Positions 46,834-57,357 of a DNA stretch of 64,000 nt are shown in pieces. Below the pieces are notes generated by a model that was not told where the DNA came from, did no database searches, and saw only the letters and a program-made list of their open reading frames with translations. The DNA lies in the sequence record OR545507.1, one strand, 5' to 3'. A program made the translations under genes and the position numbers. Numbering within the stretch: the first letter of the stretch is position 1; the number at the start of each line of letters is the position of its first letter.

Positions 46834-47418
46834 CTATTTCAGTACTTTAGTCAATGCTTTCACAGCGGTTTCGAGTTGAGCATAGTCGTTAATTGTAAGG
46901 TAATGAATACCATGTGCCTTCATTTCAGCATCTATTTTACTATATAAATCAAACATGTCAAGGATATGATTGTATGCATATGAAGTATTTGAAACACACA
47001 ATTCTTGGAACAAACGTTCTTCCAAGTCATTCACAACTTCTCCATGAATGTCAAGTACTACACCATCTTTGTAAGTGTAGTACTCTTCACTCCACTCTTC
47101 AGAAAGTCGGAACAGTAACGGATTCCCGCCGAACACTTCCATGTCATAGGAATTTATCTCACTAAGTAGTGTTTCACCTGGTTCTGGTGTGAAGTCAAAA
47201 TATGCGAGTGTTGTACCATCATAGTCCTTGAGTGATATACCAGTATGATTTAAGGTTACTTCACCATAATTATTATTCTTGAACTTGATTTTGATATTAA
47301 TCTCAATGTATTTTATTGTCTCATCATCACTGAAATTGTAATCAACTTTATACTTTTTCCAAAGAAGTTTGATATCTTTGAAGTACTTTAATTTACTTTC
47401 AATTTCTTTAAAGTCCAT
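46834..47418 (-). CDS. family A paralogue
   Basis: LEERLFQELCV. Confidence 0.7.
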   Translation of the reverse strand: MDFKEIESKLKYFKDIKLLWKKYKVDYNFSDDETIKYIEINIKIKFKNNNYGEVTLNHTGISLKDYDGTTLAYFDFTPEPGETLLSEINSYDMEVFGGNPLLFRLSEEWSEEYYTYKDGVVLDIHGEVVNDLEERLFQELCVSNTSYAYNHILDMFDLYSKIDAEMKAHGIHYLTINDYAQLETAVKALTKVLK

Positions 47419-48010
47419 CTGGAACCACCATTTCTTGAATGTGCTTACATTTTATATTTGCCATATTGGTATGTAATATAATGCTGTGTTTACGCAATGA
47501 TTTTACTTTGTAGCACTCATTGAGTACTGAAATAATTCCCCATAACTCTTCTACACTAATAGTGATAGGTTCACTTGTACTCAGTTGCATCAGTGCTGCT
47601 TGAACATCATCTTTGTTATTAATAGTGAACTGGATTCCTCTTTTGAGAATTTTAGTTTTTGGATTGTACTCAGCTAATACATCACCTTCTGGATAACCCT
47701 CATGAAGTAATAATGTTGTTTCAAAATCACCGCAGTTGAAGTTAATTTCATCATAATCAGGTACACAAATGTTCCCTTCCCCGTACTCATTAGGTTCAGA
47801 TTCTAGTGTTAAAATACGCTGAGTCTCATTGCTCAGGATGATAGAATCATTCCAGTACTGGGTAGTGAATGCTCTACGTTTCTTTTGAAAGCACATACTC
47901 GACATTGAACCATACTTCTTGTATATGGACTTCTTGAACTCAATAGCAGCAGGAGCCACCTTGATAACTTCACGAATTAAGTCAATAGCTTCTTGATAAC
48001 TTTTTCTCAT
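47408..48010 (-). CDS. family A paralogue (degenerate)
   Basis: QAALMQLSTS. Confidence 0.65.
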   Translation of the reverse strand: MRKSYQEAIDLIREVIKVAPAAIEFKKSIYKKYGSMSSMCFQKKRRAFTTQYWNDSIILSNETQRILTLESEPNEYGEGNICVPDYDEINFNCGDFETTLLLHEGYPEGDVLAEYNPKTKILKRGIQFTINNKDDVQAALMQLSTSEPITISVEELWGIISVLNECYKVKSLRKHSIILHTNMANIKCKHIQEMVVPDGL

Positions 48011-48558
48011 TTATCGTATCCATATAAAATATGATCTAGTGTACTTTGTACTTCTTCATGAAAGAATGAAGGGTAAACTTGTATCAATTTATCTTTAAGT
48101 TCAAGGGAATGGCATAGTTCTAATGTTTTGTAACAATCCTCGTACTGTGCCAGATCATGTAATGTACTTAACTGAAAATGTTGTTCTTCGGAGTACAATA
48201 AATCATAAACCATATTATCGGATAAAAGATTAGATTTGATTGAAGGATCAAGTACTGTCTGGTGGTGACCAACCCAAAAGATAGCTTTTGAGTTAATGTT
48301 ATTACAACCCCATCCTTTCCCCATCTTTTGGTGAATAGCAAATACACAGGAATCATACAAATTAATGCTCAGACGTTCTTCGTCTGCATGGATAGTTACA
48401 CCATCAATAGATAGTGTATATTTGAAATCCATAGCCCCCTCACTTCGTGCACGAGAACTAAAGACCAGATATCGATGAATTATGGTATTGATTTTATCTG
48501 TCCATCCATCAACACATTTGGATGCACATAATGTAAAAAGATCATGATTGTAGTTCAT
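48007..48558 (-). CDS. family A paralogue
   Basis: SEEQHFQLSTLH. Confidence 0.7.
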   Translation of the reverse strand: MNYNHDLFTLCASKCVDGWTDKINTIIHRYLVFSSRARSEGAMDFKYTLSIDGVTIHADEERLSINLYDSCVFAIHQKMGKGWGCNNINSKAIFWVGHHQTVLDPSIKSNLLSDNMVYDLLYSEEQHFQLSTLHDLAQYEDCYKTLELCHSLELKDKLIQVYPSFFHEEVQSTLDHILYGYDK

Positions 48559-48576
48559 AAAATTCTCCTTTAGGAC

Positions 48577-48605
48577 AATGTATCATACAAAAATACCAGA
48601 GTCAA
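48577..48605 (-). promoter_or_regulatory. sigma70-like promoter
   Basis: TTGACT-17-TACATT with TG. Confidence 0.45.
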
Positions 48606-48619
48606 CCCCTGGTACGAAT

Positions 48620-49201
48620 TTAATCCATCATAAGTGGGATAATTGCCCATATCTTTTTCATAATCATATCTTCAGTAAAAACAAATGTTTTAGGAGCAGT
48701 ATATGATATTGACACACCAAATGGAAGTTTGATTGCATCATCAATTATATTATGAATATCAAACCATGTTTTAACATAATCATACGGTGGAAGTTCATGA
48801 ATTGTACTTAACTGAAAGTAATTCTCTTCACCAAAATCACTATATTCAATTTCACAAATTTTAGTGAATTGATGATTCCATTTAGATATAATACTATTTT
48901 TATTATTGTACATAGTAGTTCTATGCATAAAACCATTTTTGCTAGTATGATTTGATATTACGTTTTCTTCAATGTCAGTATCTATTTTAAAATTCATATC
49001 AAAGTTGTAGTACGGACTTGACGATTCTTTGAATTTTAAATGTAAATTGCGATTGTTATTAATTTCAATTTCAATACAAAACACATCTGAATCAAAACGA
49101 TTAAACTTGTAATCGTTATCTTCCGGTAGATTCTGTATTTTTTTCATAATACTAAGCATAGGGTGTACTACACTTTTAATAAAATCATTTGTTATTTTCA
49201 T
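48620..49201 (-). CDS. family A paralogue
   Basis: GEENYFQLSTIH. Confidence 0.7.
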   Translation of the reverse strand: MKITNDFIKSVVHPMLSIMKKIQNLPEDNDYKFNRFDSDVFCIEIEINNNRNLHLKFKESSSPYYNFDMNFKIDTDIEENVISNHTSKNGFMHRTTMYNNKNSIISKWNHQFTKICEIEYSDFGEENYFQLSTIHELPPYDYVKTWFDIHNIIDDAIKLPFGVSISYTAPKTFVFTEDMIMKKIWAIIPLMMD

Positions 49202-49694
49202 AGTATTCCTTTAGAACTTTATATGATTCAACAATACTATCTTGTGTATAATTTGAACTATATACAACAGCACTTGTTTTAGTTGACCATAGATATGACA
49301 TAAAGGTTATAACACTACTACATGGACTTAATGTATTGTTTTGAAATTCAATTTCTTCAATGTTATCAGTACTGGTATAGATGAATTGGAAAGTACCCAT
49401 TGATTTATTGGACAGCGATACTATAGTAGAATCCGTACCAGGACTATACATGAATGTCTCATTACTAATTGAACTATCATTAGTATATGATGGTTTGGGA
49501 ATATAAATCAAACGCATGATATCGCGTTCAAGACCTGACTTATTACTTTCCACCAAAGAAATCATATCTATATTTGATATATGTTCAACACTGACATGGA
49601 ACTTTTTGTCGAGAATCACATCTCCATGAGAATTTTTATATGAAGACAAAATCTCATACATCTCAACTAATTCGCGTGCATTTAATAAACTCAT
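49185..49694 (-). CDS. family A paralogue
   Basis: IEEIEFQNNTL. Confidence 0.65.
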   Translation of the reverse strand: MSLLNARELVEMYEILSSYKNSHGDVILDKKFHVSVEHISNIDMISLVESNKSGLERDIMRLIYIPKPSYTNDSSISNETFMYSPGTDSTIVSLSNKSMGTFQFIYTSTDNIEEIEFQNNTLSPCSSVITFMSYLWSTKTSAVVYSSNYTQDSIVESYKVLKEYYENNK

Positions 49695-50119
49695 GTTTTG
49701 TCTCTTAATGAAAGAATATCCTTAGTATAAACTGAAACAGAAATATGATTATATTTCATCATTAATTTATACACATAAGAAGCTAGTACTAAATCGTAAA
49801 TTAATTTAGTATTATACAGTACTTGGTATTGTAACGCAAGTGAATCAATATCATCTTTACTTTCAATATCCAGAAATGTACCGAAAAATGTAGTACCGTA
49901 GAGATGAAAAGTGGAATTAATGCAATCAATGCATTCATTGTCCAATAGAGTAGATGCTGATGCCCTCGGTGAATCCCAAATAGTCACTGCGTGTATGCCC
50001 TCAACGAACAAATCTATCCATATTTTGTGTCGTTGTCTTTTTTTTGTTTTATAATTTTCTGGATTTGAAAGTGTAGTTTCAATTATATCCCATATGTACA
50101 AACAATCATCTCTTGTCAT
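49691..50119 (-). CDS. family A paralogue (degenerate)
   Basis: DSLALQYQVLY. Confidence 0.6.
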   Translation of the reverse strand: MTRDDCLYIWDIIETTLSNPENYKTKKRQRHKIWIDLFVEGIHAVTIWDSPRASASTLLDNECIDCINSTFHLYGTTFFGTFLDIESKDDIDSLALQYQVLYNTKLIYDLVLASYVYKLMMKYNHISVSVYTKDILSLRDKT

Positions 50120-50697
50120 TATATAACCTTATCCATTGCTGCATTTAATGCTTTTAAACGATCTACATTCAAATTATTGAAGATGTACGTTCCTAACATG
50201 TGGAAATCGAACTGGTTCTTTTTGTATTCATGATAAATTAAACTACAAAAAATAATAGTACTAAGAACCTCTTCAGGTATAACAGTGCTCATCTGGAACA
50301 GTTCTTCTTCAACTGTACTTGAATCTGGATTGATAGATTTTAACACATACTCTTCATCACCGAATAGTACTTTAATATTATATAAAACACCAACAGTACT
50401 AATATGGAATGGGTGGTGTGAAAAACTTCCATCATCCTTAATTTGTATATCGGTTCTAATCTCACACTCTTCATTACTTTTACTTTTATTTTTTACAATA
50501 CAAATATTTCTGGCCCCAGAAATAGTAAGAATACCGTGGTCGTAATATTCATTTGACCAACATTTGGATGAAATTGATACATCACGGATGAGATATTGTT
50601 TTTCAATTTCTTTCGCACTACCAACAATTGATAGCATTTTTTTACTGATATCATATAATAACTGATGGCGTTCTGTCATATAACTATAAGCGTTCAT
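50119..50697 (-). CDS. family A paralogue
   Basis: VEEELFQMSTVI. Confidence 0.7.
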   Translation of the reverse strand: MNAYSYMTERHQLLYDISKKMLSIVGSAKEIEKQYLIRDVSISSKCWSNEYYDHGILTISGARNICIVKNKSKSNEECEIRTDIQIKDDGSFSHHPFHISTVGVLYNIKVLFGDEEYVLKSINPDSSTVEEELFQMSTVIPEEVLSTIIFCSLIYHEYKKNQFDFHMLGTYIFNNLNVDRLKALNAAMDKVI

Positions 50698-51268
50698 ATT
50701 TTTCCTTAACAGATTCTATATTTTGAAGTAGTGTATTCAGAACATCAGTCTTGCAATTGATAAAATCATTGTACATAACTAGTTCACCACAATCAAGAAT
50801 TTTTGCAGTATCGTAACAAAGCATTAAGTACTCGAATTCTTTGTAATTGTCCAACAAGGATTTCTGGAAAATGAATGCATCTCGAATATCTTCACTTTGG
50901 TCTAATTCTGGTGGAACATCCAACCCAATAAATCCATCATCTTCACTGAAATTAGATTCTACAATTTTATTCATTTTTTCATGTAATGCATTCGCAAATA
51001 CCATATTAGAAGAAATAGAACCAATACGTTCACGATTTCTGGATGTGCGAATGTACATAGTAATCGTATCCCATGAACTTTTAATTTTTTTAGAAAATTC
51101 ATAAGTTTTATATACATCCAACTGAACTGATCCAAAACGATGTTTGGATTTGTTTTCAATTTTCAGTCGATAATCATCAAATTCAACAATTTCTGTAATG
51201 TCATGAATCTCTGAAAGTTCTGCAATGTCATGCATGAGTCTCAAAATTTTAGTTCTGATATGGTTCAT
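50684..51268 (-). CDS. family A paralogue
   Basis: DAFIFQKSLLD. Confidence 0.7.
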   Translation of the reverse strand: MNHIRTKILRLMHDIAELSEIHDITEIVEFDDYRLKIENKSKHRFGSVQLDVYKTYEFSKKIKSSWDTITMYIRTSRNRERIGSISSNMVFANALHEKMNKIVESNFSEDDGFIGLDVPPELDQSEDIRDAFIFQKSLLDNYKEFEYLMLCYDTAKILDCGELVMYNDFINCKTDVLNTLLQNIESVKEKYERL

Positions 51269-51843
51269 TGTGCATCCTCGAATTTAACAGGTACATGTTC
51301 ATTAATGAAATTCTTAAGAGCCTGTACTAAATCCTCTAATTCTTTTGTACTGTATTTTAAAATAGTTTTAAAGTGAATCAAATCTTTTCTTTCCATGATC
51401 TTTGGAATTTTATATGCTAACTCTAAACAGCGTACAGTACTGGCATCATACAAAAGGTTTGCGTTGAACATTAGAACATTGTATTCATCAGATGAAATTT
51501 TATAATTATATGTATCAATCACTTCATGTGTGTATAAATTCTTATACACAATTTTATTCTCACTGAAGTTTGAGCAAACACACAGATGATCGTTGTAAAA
51601 TGAAGAACGATAATCTTGTTTACGTTGTACATCTGCTATGATTTGTAATACTGTATATTTTTCTTCAGAATCCAACTCAATGTTTGCATAACTGCTCGCA
51701 GTTTCAGATACAAGGATATTGATGTTATATTTCTCATTAACTTTAATGTACTGGCGTGAGCCAGTATCAGGAATGAACTTAAAACAATGCTTCAGAAGTA
51801 ATGTGACTTCTTTAATTAATTCAGTACTCATAGATTCCTCCAA
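51265..51843 (-). CDS. family A paralogue (degenerate)
   Basis: DEYNVLMFNANLLY. Confidence 0.6.
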   Translation of the reverse strand: MEESMSTELIKEVTLLLKHCFKFIPDTGSRQYIKVNEKYNINILVSETASSYANIELDSEEKYTVLQIIADVQRKQDYRSSFYNDHLCVCSNFSENKIVYKNLYTHEVIDTYNYKISSDEYNVLMFNANLLYDASTVRCLELAYKIPKIMERKDLIHFKTILKYSTKELEDLVQALKNFINEHVPVKFEDAQ

Positions 51844-51858
51844 CTCTAGTTAAAATCA

Positions 51859-51887
51859 AGTATAACACACCTGAATGCTCTTGTAAA
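51859..51887 (-). promoter_or_regulatory. sigma70-like promoter
   Basis: TTTACA-17-TATACT with TG. Confidence 0.6.
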
Positions 51888-51896
51888 GCCATAAAC

Positions 51897-51920
51897 ACAA
51901 AAAGACCCATACGGGTCTTT
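51897..51920 (-). terminator. rho-independent terminator
   Basis: AAAGACCC-n4-GGGTCTTT plus T-run. Confidence 0.75.
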
Positions 51921-52485
51921 ATTTTGGTAAAACACTGTCGATGTACGCTAGAACCTCATCTCGAAGGTACGTTCCATCTATAGTTAGGTAATAGTTCATG
52001 GGAATATCACTCCCAACCTTCTCATAAATTTTCATACATGATATCACATCTTCATCACAAATGGTACTCAATTGAAAAATAACTTCATCGGTTAACGGTA
52101 CGATATCATGTTTAGATAGGGGATTTGTATTTTCATTCAACACAATATTAATCAAGTTAGGAGTATTCTTTGACGAAATATAACGATGCTTACTACGAAT
52201 TACCATTCTCGATAGTGAAATACTGGAACTCCATCTTGGATCAACATCTTCATATGATAACGATATTAACATCTCGTGAAAATCTTGAAATTTCATTGAC
52301 GCATAATATGTTTTATCCTCACCGTACATACCAAATGATTTAAATTCAATATCCCCCACTTTGTATGTATCGACATCATTATTTGAGAACTTTATTAAAC
52401 TATTAATTAGTCTAATTAGAATATCATCTTTATCCATTCTTAAATAACTCCAAGTGCATGTCGTATAAATCTCTGAAGTCTTCAT
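51919..52485 (-). CDS. family A paralogue
   Basis: TDEVIFQLSTIC. Confidence 0.7.
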   Translation of the reverse strand: MKTSEIYTTCTWSYLRMDKDDILIRLINSLIKFSNNDVDTYKVGDIEFKSFGMYGEDKTYYASMKFQDFHEMLISLSYEDVDPRWSSSISLSRMVIRSKHRYISSKNTPNLINIVLNENTNPLSKHDIVPLTDEVIFQLSTICDEDVISCMKIYEKVGSDIPMNYYLTIDGTYLRDEVLAYIDSVLPK

Positions 52486-52993
52486 AGAAATCTTTTTCTT
52501 CGAGAATATTCTTTAAACTGGGAATCTCTTCCATAATTTCATCTATATCTGATTCTATGAAAAATCCTGATGGATTATCGTAGTTTTGTAACAGATAACT
52601 GAAAGTAATAATGTAAAGAAGTTCATTAGGATTGTGAATTAAACTTAGCTGGAACATAGCTGATTCTAAATCTGATTCAGTACTAAGATCAACCCAACGT
52701 GAATTTCTATAATCAATTCGTACTTGACTTGTATTTGGATTCCATGTGAAGCAATGTGTACCAATATGACCTATACAACCAACCCTTGTACTGTCTCCGG
52801 TATCAACACTGATATCAACAAATAGTTCAATACCGATATCGGTTGATGTTACACGACCTTTTTTCAGAAATAAATCATTATCCTTACGAAATTGTTTGGA
52901 TGAAAGAGTGTCAATGATGCACATCAATGTTTTTGCAAATGCAACACAATGACGAAATTCAAGCCTATGAAATTGGTAATCATTGATATTCAT
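52430..52993 (-). CDS. family A paralogue
   Basis: ESAMFQLSLIH. Confidence 0.7.
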   Translation of the reverse strand: MNINDYQFHRLEFRHCVAFAKTLMCIIDTLSSKQFRKDNDLFLKKGRVTSTDIGIELFVDISVDTGDSTRVGCIGHIGTHCFTWNPNTSQVRIDYRNSRWVDLSTESDLESAMFQLSLIHNPNELLYIITFSYLLQNYDNPSGFFIESDIDEIMEEIPSLKNILEEKDFYEDFRDLYDMHLELFKNG

Positions 52994-53532
52994 AATTCAA
53001 CCCTCAATATTTTATCAGCAATAGATATAACCTTATCATTGAATACATTACCAATCTCAATCCTTATATACATAGCAGGTGGAATCTTTCCTTGTAGTGA
53101 ATAATATGTTTGTATACCTAAGTACTCATTATCTGATAATGAAAATTTGATTCTCTCCATATCAATGTCTGTTACTGGTAAATCTATCATTTCATAATGG
53201 TAGTCAACGTTTTCATTGTATATTTTATCGAAGTAATTTGAATAATCACTACTAATGTAGATGCTATCATCACGAATAATTACTTTATAATCAGAAGGTT
53301 CAAATTTATCTTTACAGGAAAAGAATGCATCATCTATTTTCTCTTCTCTTATGCCAAATAACATTCTACCATCATATTTTACATCAAGAATACTACCTAG
53401 TATATTAATGGTACAATGCTCATCAATATTATGATGTAATGAACGTTTTTTGTATTTTGGGTTAATGAAAATTTTCATTAATTTTATACAAATTTCAGTA
53501 ATGCATTTTACATTCTCATTTTCTATGTACAT
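52990..53532 (-). CDS. family A paralogue (degenerate)
   Basis: MERIKFSLSD. Confidence 0.6.
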   Translation of the reverse strand: MYIENENVKCITEICIKLMKIFINPKYKKRSLHHNIDEHCTINILGSILDVKYDGRMLFGIREEKIDDAFFSCKDKFEPSDYKVIIRDDSIYISSDYSNYFDKIYNENVDYHYEMIDLPVTDIDMERIKFSLSDNEYLGIQTYYSLQGKIPPAMYIRIEIGNVFNDKVISIADKILRVEL

Positions 53533-54019
53533 TAAAAGCCCTCTTTAATTCTTTTACATTTTTAATGAATACTTTCATTGCAGAAATCTCAAAAGATAAT
53601 GTATTAAATTTGCAGTACTTTTTAAAGTACGACATAATATATAACATTTTGAGTTCTTTTTCTGTATAAATTAAACTGTTTTGAAAGTAACTTTCTTCGG
53701 AAATGTCCGTAAGAAAAGAATAAAATGTATTTTGCTTGTGCACAATTTTAATACTATCAGACCAAGATTTGTATGAAACGTAATCAGTACGTGCAAAATC
53801 ATATAGTGAATTAGATGTATCTGTGTATGTTTCCGAGAACACAATCTTATATATCTTATCTTGAATTCGAGAACATATGTACCTATGGTCATCTGTCTCA
53901 CTGATTGCAATGTATCTATGGAGTAAATCTTTATGAGCATTGATGAACTCAAACACTTCTAAACACTCCCTAGCGAACTTCATAGTTTCTCTGTACTTTC
54001 GGTTCATTAGTCTCTCCAA
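53516..54019 (-). CDS. family A paralogue
   Basis: SEESYFQNSLIY. Confidence 0.7.
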   Translation of the reverse strand: MERLMNRKYRETMKFARECLEVFEFINAHKDLLHRYIAISETDDHRYICSRIQDKIYKIVFSETYTDTSNSLYDFARTDYVSYKSWSDSIKIVHKQNTFYSFLTDISEESYFQNSLIYTEKELKMLYIMSYFKKYCKFNTLSFEISAMKVFIKNVKELKRAFNVHRK

Positions 54020-54420
54020 ACTTTACCAGGGAAGTGTTTCTCGTAGTACTCATCATCACTTAACATATAATCAGGAGTTTCTACTTCTATGGTTTTGAAG
54101 ATTGTTTCTGGAATGTGTGTGACTTTATTGGGTTGTACTTTATGTTCGCGTAAAACCTTCTGTATCGCTCCTAGACGTTGTAAATCGATACATGTAGGAA
54201 AGACTAAGCTGTACTGAAATAACTCATCAGGGGTCATTATAGACACATCTTTAGCTTGTTTGATTTGATAATTAGTACTAATGAATATATCAAATCCTTG
54301 TACAGCATTATAGCTTACATAGGTTGTTTTATTTTTGTCAATAGGAGCACTTAAACGATATCCATATATCCCGTGTTGGTCAACAACACAACGTTGCATA
54401 ATTTTAATCATTTCTAACAT
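54007..54420 (-). CDS. family A paralogue
   Basis: PDELFQYSLVF. Confidence 0.7.
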   Translation of the reverse strand: MLEMIKIMQRCVVDQHGIYGYRLSAPIDKNKTTYVSYNAVQGFDIFISTNYQIKQAKDVSIMTPDELFQYSLVFPTCIDLQRLGAIQKVLREHKVQPNKVTHIPETIFKTIEVETPDYMLSDDEYYEKHFPGKVWRD

Positions 54421-54766
54421 AATTTACCTCATATGTATTGTAACACCACGGTTTAACAATATCGATTTGTATATCATTTGCTTCATGAAAATGTTTAAGT
54501 ACCTTCTGGTATTCCATTATTTCGTACACATCTTCAGTACTGATAGTGCTCTGCTGAAACAATTCCTCTTCTGATAAAGTACTATAATCAGGGATTTTTA
54601 TTTCTGAATATATATCATTTATCTTTCCATTATATTGATAAATCTGGATATAAAATTGATTGTATTCTGGAATATAGGTCACATAATGGTTGTGGTTGAT
54701 TACATATCTTGAAACAAAGTATTCAGTACCATCAGTCATGTACTGAATTGTTGTCGTATTTTTCAT
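54404..54766 (-). CDS. family A paralogue
   Basis: PDYSTLSEEELFQQSTI. Confidence 0.7.
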   Translation of the reverse strand: MKNTTTIQYMTDGTEYFVSRYVINHNHYVTYIPEYNQFYIQIYQYNGKINDIYSEIKIPDYSTLSEEELFQQSTISTEDVYEIMEYQKVLKHFHEANDIQIDIVKPWCYNTYEVNYVRND

Positions 54767-55226
54767 TCAAATAATCCACGCATTTATAGTATACTACTAA
54801 ATCTAAAAAGAATCGTTGTTTGTATTTGTAATGATGAAGTAGTGCACCATAAAATAACATAGCATTAAGTACTTTTACATCATGAATACAAGAACCCTGA
54901 AAGTACATTTCCTCTGACATGAACACTAAATCATCATACTTAACAAATACTGCTTCTCTATAATTGTCAATATTAATCTTCAAATCAGACCCAGGGCAAT
55001 ATGAAATGTATCCGGCTTTGTAATGAAAGTCATTGTCATCAAAGTACTCGGCATAGATTTGATTACCTCTTTCATTAGTAAACGCAAGTCTTCCTTTGGA
55101 TGAACTAAACTCATCGTATTCGAACATACCACCAAATGGGTCAGGACTTCTGAACTCCTTTGCAATGCGATAGATATTTTCTGCAAATTCTAAAACACCA
55201 TCGTAATCATATTCTGTAGTAATCAT
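54732..55226 (-). CDS. family A paralogue
   Basis: SEEMYFQGSCIH. Confidence 0.7.
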   Translation of the reverse strand: MITTEYDYDGVLEFAENIYRIAKEFRSPDPFGGMFEYDEFSSSKGRLAFTNERGNQIYAEYFDDNDFHYKAGYISYCPGSDLKINIDNYREAVFVKYDDLVFMSEEMYFQGSCIHDVKVLNAMLFYGALLHHYKYKQRFFLDLVVYYKCVDYLNEKYDNNSVHD

Positions 55227-55699
55227 AAACCATTTTTCTCCAGGTACTCAATAATACAATCGAGATTGTTCAGGTCCAAGTAGAAATGATCACTATCTGA
55301 ATTTAGTTCATTTTTAAGGGCAGTGTAAATCACTGAACTGAAAACAATCCTCTCTGGATACACAGTACTGTACTGGAAGAACTCTTCTTCAGTGTTAATT
55401 TCAGCCGTATCAAATCCTTCATTTATAAGATGATGATTGTAGTATTTGAAATTATCTGAACTTGGGAAATGGTATGAAATAAAATCACCACTTGGTACTT
55501 CATCAAGCACTCTAATACTACAAGTTGATTCATCTGAACTATAGAGTAACCCATCCATAAAGGAAAGGTATCCATTTCGTTTTTTGACTGTATGTTTGCC
55601 TACGGAAAAATCTTCAGTAACATTTGTAAGGAATTTATAAACCCTGATAATGTCTTTTGCTATTTTTTGTGCATTGCTAAATGATAGGTCTTTGGACAT
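55223..55699 (-). CDS. family A paralogue
   Basis: TEEEFFQYSTVY. Confidence 0.7.
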   Translation of the reverse strand: MSKDLSFSNAQKIAKDIIRVYKFLTNVTEDFSVGKHTVKKRNGYLSFMDGLLYSSDESTCSIRVLDEVPSGDFISYHFPSSDNFKYYNHHLINEGFDTAEINTEEEFFQYSTVYPERIVFSSVIYTALKNELNSDSDHFYLDLNNLDCIIEYLEKNGL

Positions 55700-55732
55700 T
55701 GTGATATAACCCTTTACAATTAATATAAAGAG

Positions 55733-55762
55733 ATTATATCACAAAGAATCGGAGGGTGTCAA
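55733..55762 (-). promoter_or_regulatory. sigma70-like promoter (extended -10)
   Basis: TTGACA-18-TATAAT with TG. Confidence 0.65.
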
Positions 55763-56343
55763 GATGGGTTGCGAAGTTCTACCATTTCTTTCCAAACTAA
55801 TTGGTAATCTTCTAAGTCCAGATAGAAGTCTTCATTCCAGTGCTCATGAAAGTACTTATACATGAATAGAACTCCTAAATCGTATGCAGGAAACAATAAT
55901 GATAGTTGAAAGTAGTATTCCTGATTTAAAACTATATCAATAAACTCTAATGTACGTATGCCACCTTTCGATGAACGTATCTCAATGTGTGAGGTATCCT
56001 TCATACTGTAACACATGAAACCACCTCTAAATTCTGGATCATATTCACATTCGAACTGCTCACTGTTGTTATAGAAATCTCTCCCACTTTCTTGATCTTT
56101 CGGTCTACGTACTGATACATGAATATTTTTATCACGGTACATTGAACGATTTAGTATTTTCAAACATTTGAACTTATCTTCTTTAATGAACTTGATAATA
56201 TCAATTATATCTTGTGCTGTACTGATAGCTGATTCGAATGTATCCAACTTAAGATGATTATATTGGGTTCCAGAGTTCATTTTTTTATCTAACATATAAA
56301 CCTCATAATTCATACATTTTTGATTTGAACTGCATATGACCAC
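55759..56343 (-). CDS. family A paralogue
   Basis: QEYYFQLSLLF; true start probably downstream of 56343. Confidence 0.7.
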   Translation of the reverse strand: MVICSSNQKCMNYEVYMLDKKMNSGTQYNHLKLDTFESAISTAQDIIDIIKFIKEDKFKCLKILNRSMYRDKNIHVSVRRPKDQESGRDFYNNSEQFECEYDPEFRGGFMCYSMKDTSHIEIRSSKGGIRTLEFIDIVLNQEYYFQLSLLFPAYDLGVLFMYKYFHEHWNEDFYLDLEDYQLVWKEMVELRNPS

Positions 56344-56644
56344 CTATTTCACATGGATAACAATTCATAATTTTGTTCAATAGAATCTGGTATTTTTTAA
56401 TAACTTCTATATCAATTTTTATATTACTATTAAAAACTAATGATTCTTGAAATAATTCCCCCTCGTCAAGTGAAGTAAAATCATTTATCTTCAAGGGTAT
56501 ATTGTTGCATCGCAAGGAGAATGTATTTTCATCACGAATTAAAGTATAGAAATCATTATGTTTTTTATTATAATCAAATTTAACAAGTAGTAGTTTAATA
56601 TGAGTAGCGTACATTACTTTAACTAATTCAGATTCACGTCGCAT
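56303..56644 (-). CDS. family A paralogue
   Basis: DFTSLDEGELFQESLVF. Confidence 0.7.
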   Translation of the reverse strand: MRRESELVKVMYATHIKLLLVKFDYNKKHNDFYTLIRDENTFSLRCNNIPLKINDFTSLDEGELFQESLVFNSNIKIDIEVIKKYQILLNKIMNCYPCEIGGHMQFKSKMYEL

Positions 56645-57066
56645 ACAATACCTCTCTTATGATGCAAACATTCTTGCATAATGTGTTGTATTTTTCGTAA
56701 CAGAAACACATCCAGTTCATTAAAAACAGTACTGTACTGGAACATCTCTTCTTCCCCGTACTCAGTTAAATCATCAATTTCATCTCTAGAAACAGCTACA
56801 ATATTAAAACCACGTGTACTACAATAACCCTTAGTAAGATAATATATGTACTTGTACTCTCCGTTGATATCTAAGAGATCTTGTGTGATACAGAAGCTTT
56901 TGGGTGACAGTTTATCATCAGGAACCATATGCCTTGCTTGTACATAGCAACGGATACCATCACCTATACTATATGTAATAACTTCAAATTCAATCTTCAT
57001 AGGTGAATATAATCCTTTTATATTGCTCAGGTGCAGTACTGAAACGTTTGATTGGATAATTATCAA
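56623..57066 (-). CDS. family A paralogue
   Basis: GEEEMFQYSTVF. Confidence 0.7.
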   Translation of the reverse strand: MIIIQSNVSVLHLSNIKGLYSPMKIEFEVITYSIGDGIRCYVQARHMVPDDKLSPKSFCITQDLLDINGEYKYIYYLTKGYCSTRGFNIVAVSRDEIDDLTEYGEEEMFQYSTVFNELDVFLLRKIQHIMQECLHHKRGIVCDVNLN

Positions 57067-57352
57067 AGATTCTTTTCATTTCTTTCTGGATTAAACATAA
57101 GAAATCAAAGTTACAATCGTACTTATTATCCCATACTAAACTTTCTTGGAATAACTCATCCTCTTGCATTAGTGTAGTGTCAATTACATCTTCACGGACA
57201 TAGCTATATACTTCATAGCTCTTGAAGCCATCTTCTGATAATTCTAATTCATATGCAGCCATATCAAACATATCATCATGGTTTGTCTTCAAAGATATTA
57301 AACAAGTAACTAATTTTTTAGTTGTATAGTATGTAATACTTAATGTGTTCAT
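56990..57352 (-). CDS. family A paralogue
   Basis: DTTLMQEDELFQESLVW. Confidence 0.7.
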   Translation of the reverse strand: MNTLSITYYTTKKLVTCLISLKTNHDDMFDMAAYELELSEDGFKSYEVYSYVREDVIDTTLMQEDELFQESLVWDNKYDCNFDFLCLIQKEMKRIFDNYPIKRFSTAPEQYKRIIFTYED

Positions 57353-57357
57353 TTGTT

